64,000 nt of DNA, from NCBI GenBank assembly GCA_963674865.2, contig CAXXYE010000004.1:256001-320000 (forward strand), written 5' to 3'. The DNA is from Candidatus Hydrogenedentota bacterium. GTDB lineage: Bacteria; Hydrogenedentota; Hydrogenedentia; Hydrogenedentales; SLHB01. This document shows positions 52,994 through 62,462 of this stretch, one piece after another (the first letter of the stretch is position 1; each line of letters opens with the position of its first letter). The notes below the pieces were generated by a model, which did no database searches, was not told the origin of the DNA, and was given only the letters and a program-made list of their open reading frames with translations. A program made the position numbers and the translations under genes.

Positions 52994-55324
52994 GTGAACG
53001 TGCTTTCGAGTGAAGAGCGAAGATCCCGCGGATCTGGGGCCGGCCGCCTACGGCTTCTAGCGTCTCTGTTGGACGGCGTGGCGGCGGCCCTTGTTTCCGC
53101 GGCCGCCCTGCTATGGCCAATGGATACGGGCCGGTATCTTACCGTGGACGCCTCCGGGGAGGTTCTGGATCGCAATGGGCAGACGCTGATGGCGTTTCTG
53201 AACGAAGGCGAGCAGTGGTGTTTCCCGCGTGGTTTGGACGAAATGAGCCCATACCTCAGGCAGGCTACCATCGCCGTGGAGGACGGGCGTTTCTCAGTCC
53301 ATCCCGGCGTGGATCCGGCAGCCGTTCTTCGCGCTTTGGGGCAGAACATCCACGGGAGGCGCGTCATCTCCGGTGCATCCACCATTACGATGCAGGTGGT
53401 TAAGAAGGACGCGGCCTCGTCGCGATCACTCTTGGGGAAGGCGCTTCAGGCGTTGCGGGCAGTTCGCCTTGACCTCCGAGTCGGCAAGGAACGCATTCTG
53501 GAGGCGTACCTTAACTCAGCGCCGTACGGCATCAATCTTGTGGGATGTGAAGCTGCCTCCCGCCGGTACTTCGGTGTACCGGCCAGGGAGCTCACCTTGC
53601 CTGAGGCCGCTCTACTGGCCGGGCTTCCGAAGTCGCCGACGGGCTTCATGCCGCTGGCGCATCCTCGCTCGGCCCGAAAGCGCCGGGACTACGTGCTCAC
53701 GAGGATGCGGGAGGAACGATACATCTCCTCCGCTGAGCTTGAGGAAGCCAGGAAAACGCCTTTGGGCGCGGCATGGCATGACTATCCGATGCTCTCGCCC
53801 CATTACGGAATGCGGCTGGCCGAGCAGACGCGGGAGCGGAAGCAGGTAGAGACTGCCCTAGATGGCAGTATCCAGGCCCGCGCTGAGGCGCTGGTAAGAC
53901 GCCACCTGCGCGATTATCCCGGTGAGATTACCAATGCCGCCATGCTCGTCGTCGACGTGGAAAGCGCGGAGGTACTGGCCCGCGTGGGCTCGGGCGACTT
54001 CTTTGACACGCCCGGCGGCGGGCAGGTGGACGCATGCCGCGCGCTGCGCTCTCCGGGATCTACGTTGAAGCCCTTCATCTACGGCTACGCTATCGAGCAT
54101 GACGTGCTCTATCCATGCGAGACGCTGTATGACGGTAGGCTCGACTACGGAGGCTATAGTCCGGAGAACTTCGACGGGGGATACAGCGGCCTCACGACGG
54201 CCTCGGAGGCCCTCCACTGCTCGCTCAACATTCCCGCGATCACGGTGCTCGGCCGCGTGGGCGTCTCGGCTTTTCGTGCGTTTCTACCGCACCTAGGTAT
54301 CGATACCGCCCGGAAGCCCTCGGATTTCTACGGATTGGGCCTCACGCTCGGGAATTGTGAGGTGCGGCTCGAGGACATGGCGGCCGCCTATTGCATGATC
54401 GCGAATCTGGGCGAGTACCGCCCGCTCAGACTATCCCCGTCCGCGCCGGCCGCTCCCCCGCGTCGCTGCTTCTCGCGCGGAACTTGCCTGGCGCTCTACG
54501 ACATGCTCGAACAGCCGCTGCCCGAGGAGTTCTCCGTGGATCTGGTGCCCACGGGACGCCTGGCGCCCCGCGTGTGTTGGAAAACGGGCACCTCCGCGGA
54601 TTACCGGGACGCCTGGACCTTTGTCTTCAACCGGCACTACCTTGTCGGTGTATGGATGGGCAATAACGACGGCTCGAGCTCAAAATGGCTGGTGGGGGCC
54701 GATGCCGCGCTGCCGCTGGCGGCCCGGATGTTTCGCAGCCTTCCGCCGAAAGCCTATCCGGCTTGGCCCGAGGCCGGCGAGGATATGAAGGCTGTCCGGG
54801 TGTGCGCGCTCAGCGGCTTGCCCTGTACGGAATGGTGTCCGCACACGCGCACCGCGCTCATTCCCCGCGATCAGTATCTTCTGCGCCGGTGCGATGTGCA
54901 CTATCCCTCCGCTCGTACCTCGCATGGGGAGGAGGGCCTTTTGGTGCGATGGCCTGGCTCGCCTGAAGCATGGGACTTGGCGTCGGTGGCGGGCGCTATG
55001 GGGGATTCAGCACCTGAACCTGACGCCAAGGTCGTGAGGCGCAAGGAACTCCGCATCCTTCAGCCCGTCAACGGGGCGCATTACCTCCTGACGGGCGGCG
55101 CCAAGGCAGAGCGCGTAGCACTGTGGGCTTCCACCGAGCACAATACGCCCCTGCACTGGTATGTGGGGCGCCGCTATCTCGGTACATCGGAGCCGGAGAC
55201 GCCTCTCTTGATGCCGCTGGAGCGCGGCACGCATCGCCTTGCCTGCATGAGTCCCGACGGGGCGGTGGACAGCGTCGTCTTCGAGGTGACGCTCCCGACT
55301 GCCACCGGCAAAGCTACTCTTTGA
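52994..55324 (+). CDS. pbpC: Penicillin-binding protein 1C
   Basis: Transglycosylase AVEDGRF, SGASTITMQ, LAGLPKSP; transpeptidase GSTLKPF, SLN, KTGT; C-terminal PBP1C domain; directly follows the macroglobulin gene. Start uncertain. Confidence 0.93.
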   Translation: MNVLSSEERRSRGSGAGRLRLLASLLDGVAAALVSAAALLWPMDTGRYLTVDASGEVLDRNGQTLMAFLNEGEQWCFPRGLDEMSPYLRQATIAVEDGRFSVHPGVDPAAVLRALGQNIHGRRVISGASTITMQVVKKDAASSRSLLGKALQALRAVRLDLRVGKERILEAYLNSAPYGINLVGCEAASRRYFGVPARELTLPEAALLAGLPKSPTGFMPLAHPRSARKRRDYVLTRMREERYISSAELEEARKTPLGAAWHDYPMLSPHYGMRLAEQTRERKQVETALDGSIQARAEALVRRHLRDYPGEITNAAMLVVDVESAEVLARVGSGDFFDTPGGGQVDACRALRSPGSTLKPFIYGYAIEHDVLYPCETLYDGRLDYGGYSPENFDGGYSGLTTASEALHCSLNIPAITVLGRVGVSAFRAFLPHLGIDTARKPSDFYGLGLTLGNCEVRLEDMAAAYCMIANLGEYRPLRLSPSAPAAPPRRCFSRGTCLALYDMLEQPLPEEFSVDLVPTGRLAPRVCWKTGTSADYRDAWTFVFNRHYLVGVWMGNNDGSSSKWLVGADAALPLAARMFRSLPPKAYPAWPEAGEDMKAVRVCALSGLPCTEWCPHTRTALIPRDQYLLRRCDVHYPSARTSHGEEGLLVRWPGSPEAWDLASVAGAMGDSAPEPDAKVVRRKELRILQPVNGAHYLLTGGAKAERVALWASTEHNTPLHWYVGRRYLGTSEPETPLLMPLERGTHRLACMSPDGAVDSVVFEVTLPTATGKATL

Positions 55325-57812
55325 TGAGCCACACCTCGGCCACTTGCGCGCCGCGTCCGGTGAGCCGCTGCCAGGTGAGGTCAAGTGTTCCGTCCTCCGT
55401 CGCCTCCGGGGGAATCAGGAATTCGAGAGGCGTCACGACGGGCGGCGGGCTGCCCTCTTCGGGGGTGACGATGGCTGCGCTATCGCGCTTGACGGTGTAC
55501 CGCACGCCCTCGAGCGTATGCCCATAGGCGCCGTGTATCTCGTACTTGCCATCGGCTACGAGGCGGATAATCGCCTTGTAGCGGCCCAGATAGGTGACGC
55601 GGACACGGTACGTTGCGTCGGCATCGAGTCCGTCGTAGTGCAAGGTGAGCGGCGTGGCGTTGAGGGCTTCACCCAAGTCGAGCCAGGAGAGTCGATCCGG
55701 GGCGCCTTTATCAAAGGTATGCCCTTCGCGGGGCGTGGTCACGCCAGCAGGATCGTCCCAGAGCGGCTTGGGCTTGGCCAGATGGGGCTGTTTCCATGAG
55801 CATCCGAGGTCATCGTAGAAACCGCCGGGGCCGGGATCTTCCCAGTCGGCTACGCGAGCCAGCCGGGCAAGGCGCACATCGCCGTCGCCGGGATCCTCCG
55901 GCATCGTGGCCGTGAATCGGCCGGTGAGAATGGCGTCGAGCTCATTCTCGATCCAGAGCTTGTTGTTGAGCGGCGTATCGAGGAAATCCAATACTGCACC
56001 GCGCTCCGTGCGTTTGGCCTGGTAGTTCTCGACGTCCAACTGCGCCCCGATGCTCTTGAACAATTCCGCGCCTAGCTCGATGATACGCGCCTTGAGCACG
56101 TCCGTGCGATCATCCTGATCGGACTTGGCTAATATGGCCCGCGCTTCGGCGATGGCCTGCTCGACGCCCATATCGGGGGCCTTGCGCAGCACCGCGCACG
56201 CCCGCTCCTCAATCTCGTTGGCCTTGAGCAGGCGGAGCCGCGTGTAGTGATCGTAGTAGGCGCGAAGCAGGCACTCCTGAAAGCGCCAATTGGCGAGCAG
56301 CGCGTCATCGGCGCCGTCTTCGATCGATTTCCAGAGCGCGAACGTTTTTTCGATGTTCGCATTCTCGGCGAGAGGCCCGACAAAGGCATCCTCCAGCGCA
56401 TACAGTCCCTCACGCACCTTCTCGCCGATGTCCCATCCGAAGAAGAACCGGGCGTAGTCGAGCAGGATGTCGTCAAGGTCGCGATCAGGCTCCCAGCCGA
56501 GGGCCGTCCAGACGACTTTGTTCACATCATCGCCGACGCCGTCGGAGTACGTCACGAAGCCGTCGGCGTACTGATCGAAAAGGTTGTGGATCCGCGCGTG
56601 CCACTTGGGACGCGGTGCAAAGGGCTCGCGGCCCAGCGTCCGCGCCAACGCGCGATCCCAGGCGGCGACGGGATATTGCGCGCGAACGCAATGGCCGATA
56701 TCGCAGTAGCGGCGGATGGGATACTTCTCCGGCACGCCGGCGCGCTGCTCGTCCAGCAAGATGCGCGACCACGCGCCGTAGACGACACCCGTCACCCAGT
56801 CCGGCTGTTCTTGCTGAAGGTAGCCGAAGAACGCGTTGTTCATCTCAGGCGGGAAGCCTTGGTTGGAAACCCATATGCCCAGGCCGGGGTGAATCTTACG
56901 CGCTTCTTCGGCGAACCGGCCCGTCCAGTCGAACATGAGATCGGGCCGCCGGTGATTGCTGCCGCCGTCCCCGCCCGTGAGGTAAAGGTGGTCGAGATGG
57001 GGGACGGCGCGCAAGATGGCGAGCTTCTGCGCGAAGGCTTCCTCGACCTCTTCAAGCGGCTTGCCCTCGCCGCCCAGTGCGCCGGTGAACATCCAGAAGT
57101 CGAATCCATAGTCGCCGCAGATGCGCGACCACTCGGCGGCCATTTCGCCGCCGGTGAGTTTCGCGTGGGGGCCGTCATGTTCATCTGGATCGGCGAACGC
57201 GGTTGTTTCGAAGCCGTTGGCCCCGAATACGGCCATCTCGCGCATGTACTGCTCGTAGGTATCCGGCGTCCATGCATCGTAGCAGTGGGCCAGGCTGCGG
57301 TAGCCAATCTGATGGCCGCGATAGGGATAGCGCGGGGCCGTTGCGATGCGGTAGTCCGAAGAGAGTTCTACCCGCCCCTTTTCCATGTGCAGTTGCAGGA
57401 GGAGGCGGCCGGCGGCGAACAAGATGCCCCGCTCATCGCGTCCCGCGAGGACAACGATGGGAGCCTCCATGTCCTTGTTGACGGCTATGGCGAAGCCCTC
57501 GGCCTTCCGCGGGACATTCATGGCTTGCACAAAGGACGTCAAAGAGGCCGGTGGCTTGTCGGCAAGGCAGAGCAGAATGGTGGGAGATGTTCCCAAGGCG
57601 ATCGTCGGCGTGTTGGGCATTTCGATGCCCGTTCGCTTGGCCACCTCTTCCGTGAGCATCCGCTGCGCCGTCTTGATGACGGGGCTGTCCTCCGGGCAAA
57701 CGAGGACGGCCTTGGCAAGATCTATGGCCGCGGGGGCGGCCGCCGCATGCGCCGCGAGGGCCAGAAACACCAACATCAATATCGACTTGCAGGTGACAGA
57801 GAACGACTTCAT
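55314..57812 (-). CDS. Secreted hypothetical protein with GH20/GH67-type N-terminal domain (putative glycoside hydrolase)
   Basis: Signal peptide ending AHAAA; EGFAI...VLAGRDERGILFAAGRLL...APRYPYRG N-domain pattern; AAGGAAG RBS. Confidence 0.62.
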   Translation of the reverse strand: MKSFSVTCKSILMLVFLALAAHAAAAPAAIDLAKAVLVCPEDSPVIKTAQRMLTEEVAKRTGIEMPNTPTIALGTSPTILLCLADKPPASLTSFVQAMNVPRKAEGFAIAVNKDMEAPIVVLAGRDERGILFAAGRLLLQLHMEKGRVELSSDYRIATAPRYPYRGHQIGYRSLAHCYDAWTPDTYEQYMREMAVFGANGFETTAFADPDEHDGPHAKLTGGEMAAEWSRICGDYGFDFWMFTGALGGEGKPLEEVEEAFAQKLAILRAVPHLDHLYLTGGDGGSNHRRPDLMFDWTGRFAEEARKIHPGLGIWVSNQGFPPEMNNAFFGYLQQEQPDWVTGVVYGAWSRILLDEQRAGVPEKYPIRRYCDIGHCVRAQYPVAAWDRALARTLGREPFAPRPKWHARIHNLFDQYADGFVTYSDGVGDDVNKVVWTALGWEPDRDLDDILLDYARFFFGWDIGEKVREGLYALEDAFVGPLAENANIEKTFALWKSIEDGADDALLANWRFQECLLRAYYDHYTRLRLLKANEIEERACAVLRKAPDMGVEQAIAEARAILAKSDQDDRTDVLKARIIELGAELFKSIGAQLDVENYQAKRTERGAVLDFLDTPLNNKLWIENELDAILTGRFTATMPEDPGDGDVRLARLARVADWEDPGPGGFYDDLGCSWKQPHLAKPKPLWDDPAGVTTPREGHTFDKGAPDRLSWLDLGEALNATPLTLHYDGLDADATYRVRVTYLGRYKAIIRLVADGKYEIHGAYGHTLEGVRYTVKRDSAAIVTPEEGSPPPVVTPLEFLIPPEATEDGTLDLTWQRLTGRGAQVAEVWLIKE

Positions 57813-57940
57813 GGCTCATTCTTCCTTCCGAATAGGGCCGACAAGAGAGGAATACGATTCCTCAAGAGTTCGCGCCAATTGCAGCTCACTTTCTCATTGT
57901 ATACGCTAGCAGGAGAGCGCGCAAAGACGGAGGACGCGGC

Positions 57941-59185
57941 ATGAGCGGCAAGACAGCGTTGGCGGTGTTTCTCGTTTCGGTGTTGAGTGCTCCGGGCGCG
58001 TTAGCCGGCGACGCAGAGGAGGGTGCTCATGGCGGCTCGGCGATGGTGGTGCTCTCATGGGATGAATCGGGGCAGTTCGGCCCCCAGACGCCCGGCACCA
58101 AGACGGCGGGCTGGCAGGAGGCCATCGACTACTGCGTCGAGCACGGACAGGATCTCTACGCTAAAGGCGGCTGGGGCGGCCGCAAGGCCATTTACCACGT
58201 GCAGGACACGATCCGGATTCCCGCGACGCAGGATTTTCGCATCGACGGCGGCGTGTATGTGATCAACTGGGAGGGCCCGGCGGATGATCCGGCGAAGGAC
58301 CTCATGATCATCGACTCGTCGATGAATTGCGAATACCACTTCGGCATCTTCGTGTACGGCGGGGCGGGGGCGGCCCTTCGTATCCGGCCGGAGCATCCGG
58401 TGCCCATCGACGGCTTCCCGGTGGTCGTCGAGACGGAGATCAAGTCGCAGGGGCTCGCCGATCCGCAGCCGTTTGTGCGGGGCGAGCGCCGGGCGGGGAC
58501 GGGCCTGGTTCTGGATGCGACGCGCGCCGGTATCACGTGCAGCCGATTCGACTTCGTCGGCGGCATCCTCAACTTCCAGACGTGTGTGGCCGCGATGGGC
58601 AGCTTCCGGCAGAATCATTTCTCCTGCCTGCATCTTCACACGAACGCCGACAAAAGCACGCTTCTGACGCTCGGCCCGGGATGCTCGCAAAACGTGGTGG
58701 AGGTCGCCATCGGCGTCGATATGGGCGCGGAAGACGTGCGGGGCATTGTGGTTGAGGGGAGCAATAACACGTTTCAGATGATGACGCGCGGCAGTTTCCC
58801 CCGCGGCAATGATCTGATCCTCGAAGGCGCCGCAGCAGGGAACCGCATTGATGTGATTCATGGAAAGGACGCGTTCGATCCCGCCGATTTCCTGACAGAC
58901 AAGGCGGACAAAGCGACGAACCGCCTCACCTGGGTGGGCGGCCGCGTGCCGCTCTACACCGTGGAAGGCTCATCCGGGACGTGGGTGTATACGCAACGGC
59001 TCTATCCGGCCTGCGTTCGCCTTGTCGGGGGCGACGTGCTGGGGATGAAACTCGTCCGCGGAGAGGACAGCGTCGACTGCTACGAATCCTGCAGAGCCGA
59101 CATTCTCATGGACGTGGGCGATGAACTGCACGTCATGAGCACCGAAGCCCCGGCCTTGCAGGTGCGGGCCATCGGAGGGCGCTAG
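57941..59185 (+). CDS. Secreted putative right-handed beta-helix protein
   Basis: Signal peptide; N-cap TAGWQEAIDY...DLY; Asn-ladder-like repeats (FRQNHF, CSQNVV, GSNNTF, AAGNRI); GGAGG RBS. Confidence 0.55.
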   Translation: MSGKTALAVFLVSVLSAPGALAGDAEEGAHGGSAMVVLSWDESGQFGPQTPGTKTAGWQEAIDYCVEHGQDLYAKGGWGGRKAIYHVQDTIRIPATQDFRIDGGVYVINWEGPADDPAKDLMIIDSSMNCEYHFGIFVYGGAGAALRIRPEHPVPIDGFPVVVETEIKSQGLADPQPFVRGERRAGTGLVLDATRAGITCSRFDFVGGILNFQTCVAAMGSFRQNHFSCLHLHTNADKSTLLTLGPGCSQNVVEVAIGVDMGAEDVRGIVVEGSNNTFQMMTRGSFPRGNDLILEGAAAGNRIDVIHGKDAFDPADFLTDKADKATNRLTWVGGRVPLYTVEGSSGTWVYTQRLYPACVRLVGGDVLGMKLVRGEDSVDCYESCRADILMDVGDELHVMSTEAPALQVRAIGGR

Positions 59186-59399
59186 GCAGGCGAGAGCCGT
59201 CCACAAGTCGCTGCCGCGGGCCGGACTCCCGTCACGGCGCACGGGCACGACACTTCTTGGTGAAGGAAGCCGCTCTCATTTGGGAGTATTCATGCTATAA
59301 CTGTATGTGCAGTCCGGGGCGGGGAAGCAGTGAAGGGGGGACGCCTTGACGTCGGCGTCGTAGGCGCTGTACGCGGAGTGCCGGCAAAGGAGGTTCGTA

Positions 59400-60680
59400 G
59401 TGGTGGTGCGGATGAGGCCTCTTCTGAGGCGGGGCGGCGGCAATGGCGGACGCCCCGGACATACAAGACTTCCGGCCTGGACGAGCATCGGCGTGTTGGC
59501 CGTTCTTATGGCGCTGTTGTGTTTCCCGCGGTACGCCGCCGCGCAAGCGGACAGGGAGGTGTCGCTGTCCGATATCGCCGCCCGCTTGAAGGCGAACTTC
59601 GAGCGCGTGAAAGACCTGACAGTCGAGATAGAGTTCTCCAAGACGTACCGCTCTCCTCCGCCGGCGGAATCCCCGAAGAAGCTGCATCAGCGTCTCTTGG
59701 TAGCCACGATGGGCGAGGACTGCCTGCTCTGGCGCCAGAGCGAGTCGGTGTCCTCCGAGGAGGCACTGCCGCAGACGTATATCAGGCAGTGCGGCTGGGA
59801 CAAGGAGTGCTACTGGCGTGAGAGCGAGCCGCTTAGAGTCGGGGGCGTGGGCGGCACCATAAGTCCACGAAACGAGGCGGATAGAATAGTGCTCTCTCTG
59901 CCCGCTTCCGGCTTCCCCTGCTTCGGATGGGATCCCTTCCATTTTGGGCCTAGCCTGATCGAAAGTTTGGAGAGGGCCGACGCTCACATTGTCGGCGTTC
60001 GGGAGGCAGAAGGGGAGCAGTGCGTTGTTGTGCGGTGCTATGCTGACGTGAGACGCAATAGGTTCAGGCGTAAGGTCTTTCTGTCAAAAGACTTGGGCTA
60101 TGCTTCAGTCCGTTGGGAGGTTTTCATTAGAGGCCACATCCGCGAGATAGGAAGGGTGACGAAGTTCAAGGAGATTCTGCCCGGCCTATGGTTTCCTGAG
60201 GAGTTGATCTGGGAATGGGACGTTGGTGCGGCAAGCTTTGACCGCGTGTCGTGGCCTATGACGTTTAAGGTACTTCATCTGGAGGTGAATCAGGATCTTC
60301 CGGCCGACATGTTCGCCCCGAGTTTTGAGCCTGGGACGAAGGTGGAAGACTCCCGCTCCGGCACCGCGAAGATCTTCCTGTGGGGGCTGGGCCCTGACGC
60401 GTCTGGCGGGCGGCCTGAGGCGTTCGCGCCTGTGTCCGAGAACAAGTTCAGGCCGGCGCGACTTGCCGCGAAGAAGGCCCCGCCCAAGAGGAGTGGCTCT
60501 ATCCCGCCGGTGACTCCCGGTGAGGTGGACGGCGTCAAGACTGAGCGTAAGAAGCCTGTTGTGAGCTGGACGGCGTGCATTGTTATCGCATTTGTGCTGG
60601 TAGACGTCGCGCTGCTTCTCGCTGCCAGAAAGATCCGGGCGCCGGAGGCCCGGCAGGGCGAAGACGAAGCCGGACTATAG
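59400..60680 (+). CDS. Exported protein, possibly LolA-like fold, with C-terminal membrane anchor
   Basis: Signal peptide ending YAAA; LEVNQDLPADMF pattern; Pro/Lys linker then TM helix WTACIVIAFVLVDVALLLAARK. Start uncertain. Confidence 0.5.
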   Translation: MVVRMRPLLRRGGGNGGRPGHTRLPAWTSIGVLAVLMALLCFPRYAAAQADREVSLSDIAARLKANFERVKDLTVEIEFSKTYRSPPPAESPKKLHQRLLVATMGEDCLLWRQSESVSSEEALPQTYIRQCGWDKECYWRESEPLRVGGVGGTISPRNEADRIVLSLPASGFPCFGWDPFHFGPSLIESLERADAHIVGVREAEGEQCVVVRCYADVRRNRFRRKVFLSKDLGYASVRWEVFIRGHIREIGRVTKFKEILPGLWFPEELIWEWDVGAASFDRVSWPMTFKVLHLEVNQDLPADMFAPSFEPGTKVEDSRSGTAKIFLWGLGPDASGGRPEAFAPVSENKFRPARLAAKKAPPKRSGSIPPVTPGEVDGVKTERKKPVVSWTACIVIAFVLVDVALLLAARKIRAPEARQGEDEAGL

Positions 60681-60737
60681 ACAGCCACGTGTGGGCCGTT
60701 CGGACTATCTGCGTTCACAGCCGCCGCGGTGTTCTGC

Positions 60738-61196
60738 CTATCTCTCCCGGGCCGAGAGGCGGTGCTCGATGTGGCGTGCGCCGGGCCGGAGCAGGCCTTC
60801 CGCCAGCATGACGGAATACAGCACGGTAAGGAGAGCCACCGCCATAGCCACGCCAATTATGGAGGGGTCGTCGACTGTCGTCAGTATCTGCACGAGGCCG
60901 ATTGCCGTTCCGAGCACGCCAGCGGCGTACGCCGGTGGAATAAGGCCGCGGAGCACCTGAGCCTGTGTCTGATGGAGGGCCTCATCCGGCAGGCGGATGA
61001 CGATCATCCTGAGCGCCAGGACACCATTGAGCAGGTCCCGGAGGCCGAAAGCCATCAGCCCCGCGCCGAGGGTGACGCCCACTACGATGCAGGCGGCGGT
61101 GGGACAGAAGAATATCGCCGGCTCTCCTCCCATCGCCATGGCCATGATGAGGAGTCCCCAGAAACCGATTAGTCCAACAATACCTGAGATGTTCAT
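60738..61196 (-). CDS. Short MotA/PomA (MotA/TolQ/ExbB)-like membrane protein
   Basis: MotA-like N-terminus (GG...FFCPTAACIVVGVTLG) and TM3/TM4 motifs AAGVLGTAIGLVQIL, DDPSIIGVAMAVALLTVLY; only 152 aa; GGAGG RBS. Confidence 0.75.
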   Translation of the reverse strand: MNISGIVGLIGFWGLLIMAMAMGGEPAIFFCPTAACIVVGVTLGAGLMAFGLRDLLNGVLALRMIVIRLPDEALHQTQAQVLRGLIPPAYAAGVLGTAIGLVQILTTVDDPSIIGVAMAVALLTVLYSVMLAEGLLRPGARHIEHRLSARER

Positions 61197-61284
61197 TCCT
61201 TGCCTCCTTCCGCGCCGTAGACGTGTCCCTTACCCGAAGTCCGCTTGAGGGGCCTCTAATAGACGGCGAAAACCCCCGTATCCC

Positions 61285-61318
61285 CCGAAGGGCCGAGCGC
61301 AGGCGCGTCGGCCTTCGG
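61285..61318 (-). terminator. GC-rich hairpin directly after the creatininase-like gene
   Basis: CCGAAG-G-GCCGA-GCGC / GCGC-G-TCGGC-CTTCGG imperfect stem. Confidence 0.4.
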
Positions 61319-61319
61319 C

Positions 61320-62321
61320 CTAACGATTACAACGCTCGAATTCCTCCCATTCCTGCTTTAGTGTCTCCCAAGCCCCGCGTGCTCGGCCGGTGAAGGGGCG
61401 TGTGAGATCATCCCAAAGCTCGATCCGCCTCCGCACCCATTCGCGGCCCTTCAGCGCGGCCAATGCCTCAATCACGCCCGGTGAGCGGCGCATGCACAAG
61501 AAGCAGTAAGGATCTTCCCAACGCTCATCATCGTTCCAGTATCCCTCTTCGAGATCGCGGATGTTTTGGCAGTCTTTCCAGCACGCGGTGGTTTGGAAGA
61601 AGGTGCCGTCGACGAGGTGCTGCCTGGGCGCTTCGAGTGCGGCGCGCACGAGACACGCCGTCCCTTCGGCGATCAGCTCGTACATGCGCTCCCCTTCCTC
61701 GGCGCTCGCATGTAGGCGGGGATCCAGGCCCCACCACTCGCCGTGATCGGCAGCTATGCGGGACATGTCGACGCGTTCGGGATGCGCCGCCATCATGAAG
61801 GAGGTTTCCCACTTCGCGGCGTGATCGGCCACCTTGTAGCGATGCCTCACCACCGGTTCGAGGTCATTGATGCACAGCACCTTGGCCTGTGTATCTTCCC
61901 GCATCATGTACTCGCGGGCCGCCTGCTCGTGGGTGTTGATGTTCGGCGCGTTCGTATGGCCGTAGAAGAGCACGATGAGTTCGAACCCCAACTGCTCAAG
62001 CTGTCCGAGGAGTTCCGTGAGGTAGGCGCGCACGAGGGCTTCCGAGAAATTGATGCCGCCGTGCGGCAGCGGCTCAATGGGGCCGTGGAAAGCGCCGACG
62101 CCGACATAGGATGGCATGTGAACCAGGCCGCCGGTGCGCTGTGCGGTGCGTTTGCACATCTCGACCATTTTCAAGGTGTCTGTGCCGAGGGGATTCTGTG
62201 CGTCATGCCATTCATAAATGCCCGAGGGGACGAATACCACCGGGCACGCCTGGATACGCTCCTGAAGTTCCCCCGGCCTCAGCCTATCCATCTCCGCCCA
62301 TCCAGATGACTCAGATTCCAT
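61320..62321 (-). CDS. Creatininase/creatinine amidohydrolase family protein with C-terminal extension
   Basis: PSGIYEWHD..NPLGTD, YGH, DHAAKWETS match creatininase metal-ligand motifs; AGGAGG RBS. Confidence 0.82.
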   Translation of the reverse strand: MESESSGWAEMDRLRPGELQERIQACPVVFVPSGIYEWHDAQNPLGTDTLKMVEMCKRTAQRTGGLVHMPSYVGVGAFHGPIEPLPHGGINFSEALVRAYLTELLGQLEQLGFELIVLFYGHTNAPNINTHEQAAREYMMREDTQAKVLCINDLEPVVRHRYKVADHAAKWETSFMMAAHPERVDMSRIAADHGEWWGLDPRLHASAEEGERMYELIAEGTACLVRAALEAPRQHLVDGTFFQTTACWKDCQNIRDLEEGYWNDDERWEDPYCFLCMRRSPGVIEALAALKGREWVRRRIELWDDLTRPFTGRARGAWETLKQEWEEFERCNR

Positions 62322-62348
62322 CGTGTGGCCTCCTCTTTCCCCACTGTC

Positions 62349-62377
62349 ATTATAGCTCCAGGCGGCCGGGGTACCAA
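62349..62377 (-). promoter_or_regulatory. sigma70-type promoter of the creatininase-like gene
   Basis: TTGGTA-N17-TATAAT, 27 nt upstream of ATG 62321. Confidence 0.6.
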
Positions 62378-62462
62378 TTGTGAGACTAGCGCAATCCTCG
62401 AGCGAGTGGGAGAATCATGAATCCGAAGTGAAGGTATCTTTGTTCAACGTTCCCTCCACCGA

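Noticed and set aside
56247..57944. 565-aa plus-strand ORF
   Set aside because: Antisense shadow of 55314..57812, which has the signal peptide, RBS and protein-like composition.
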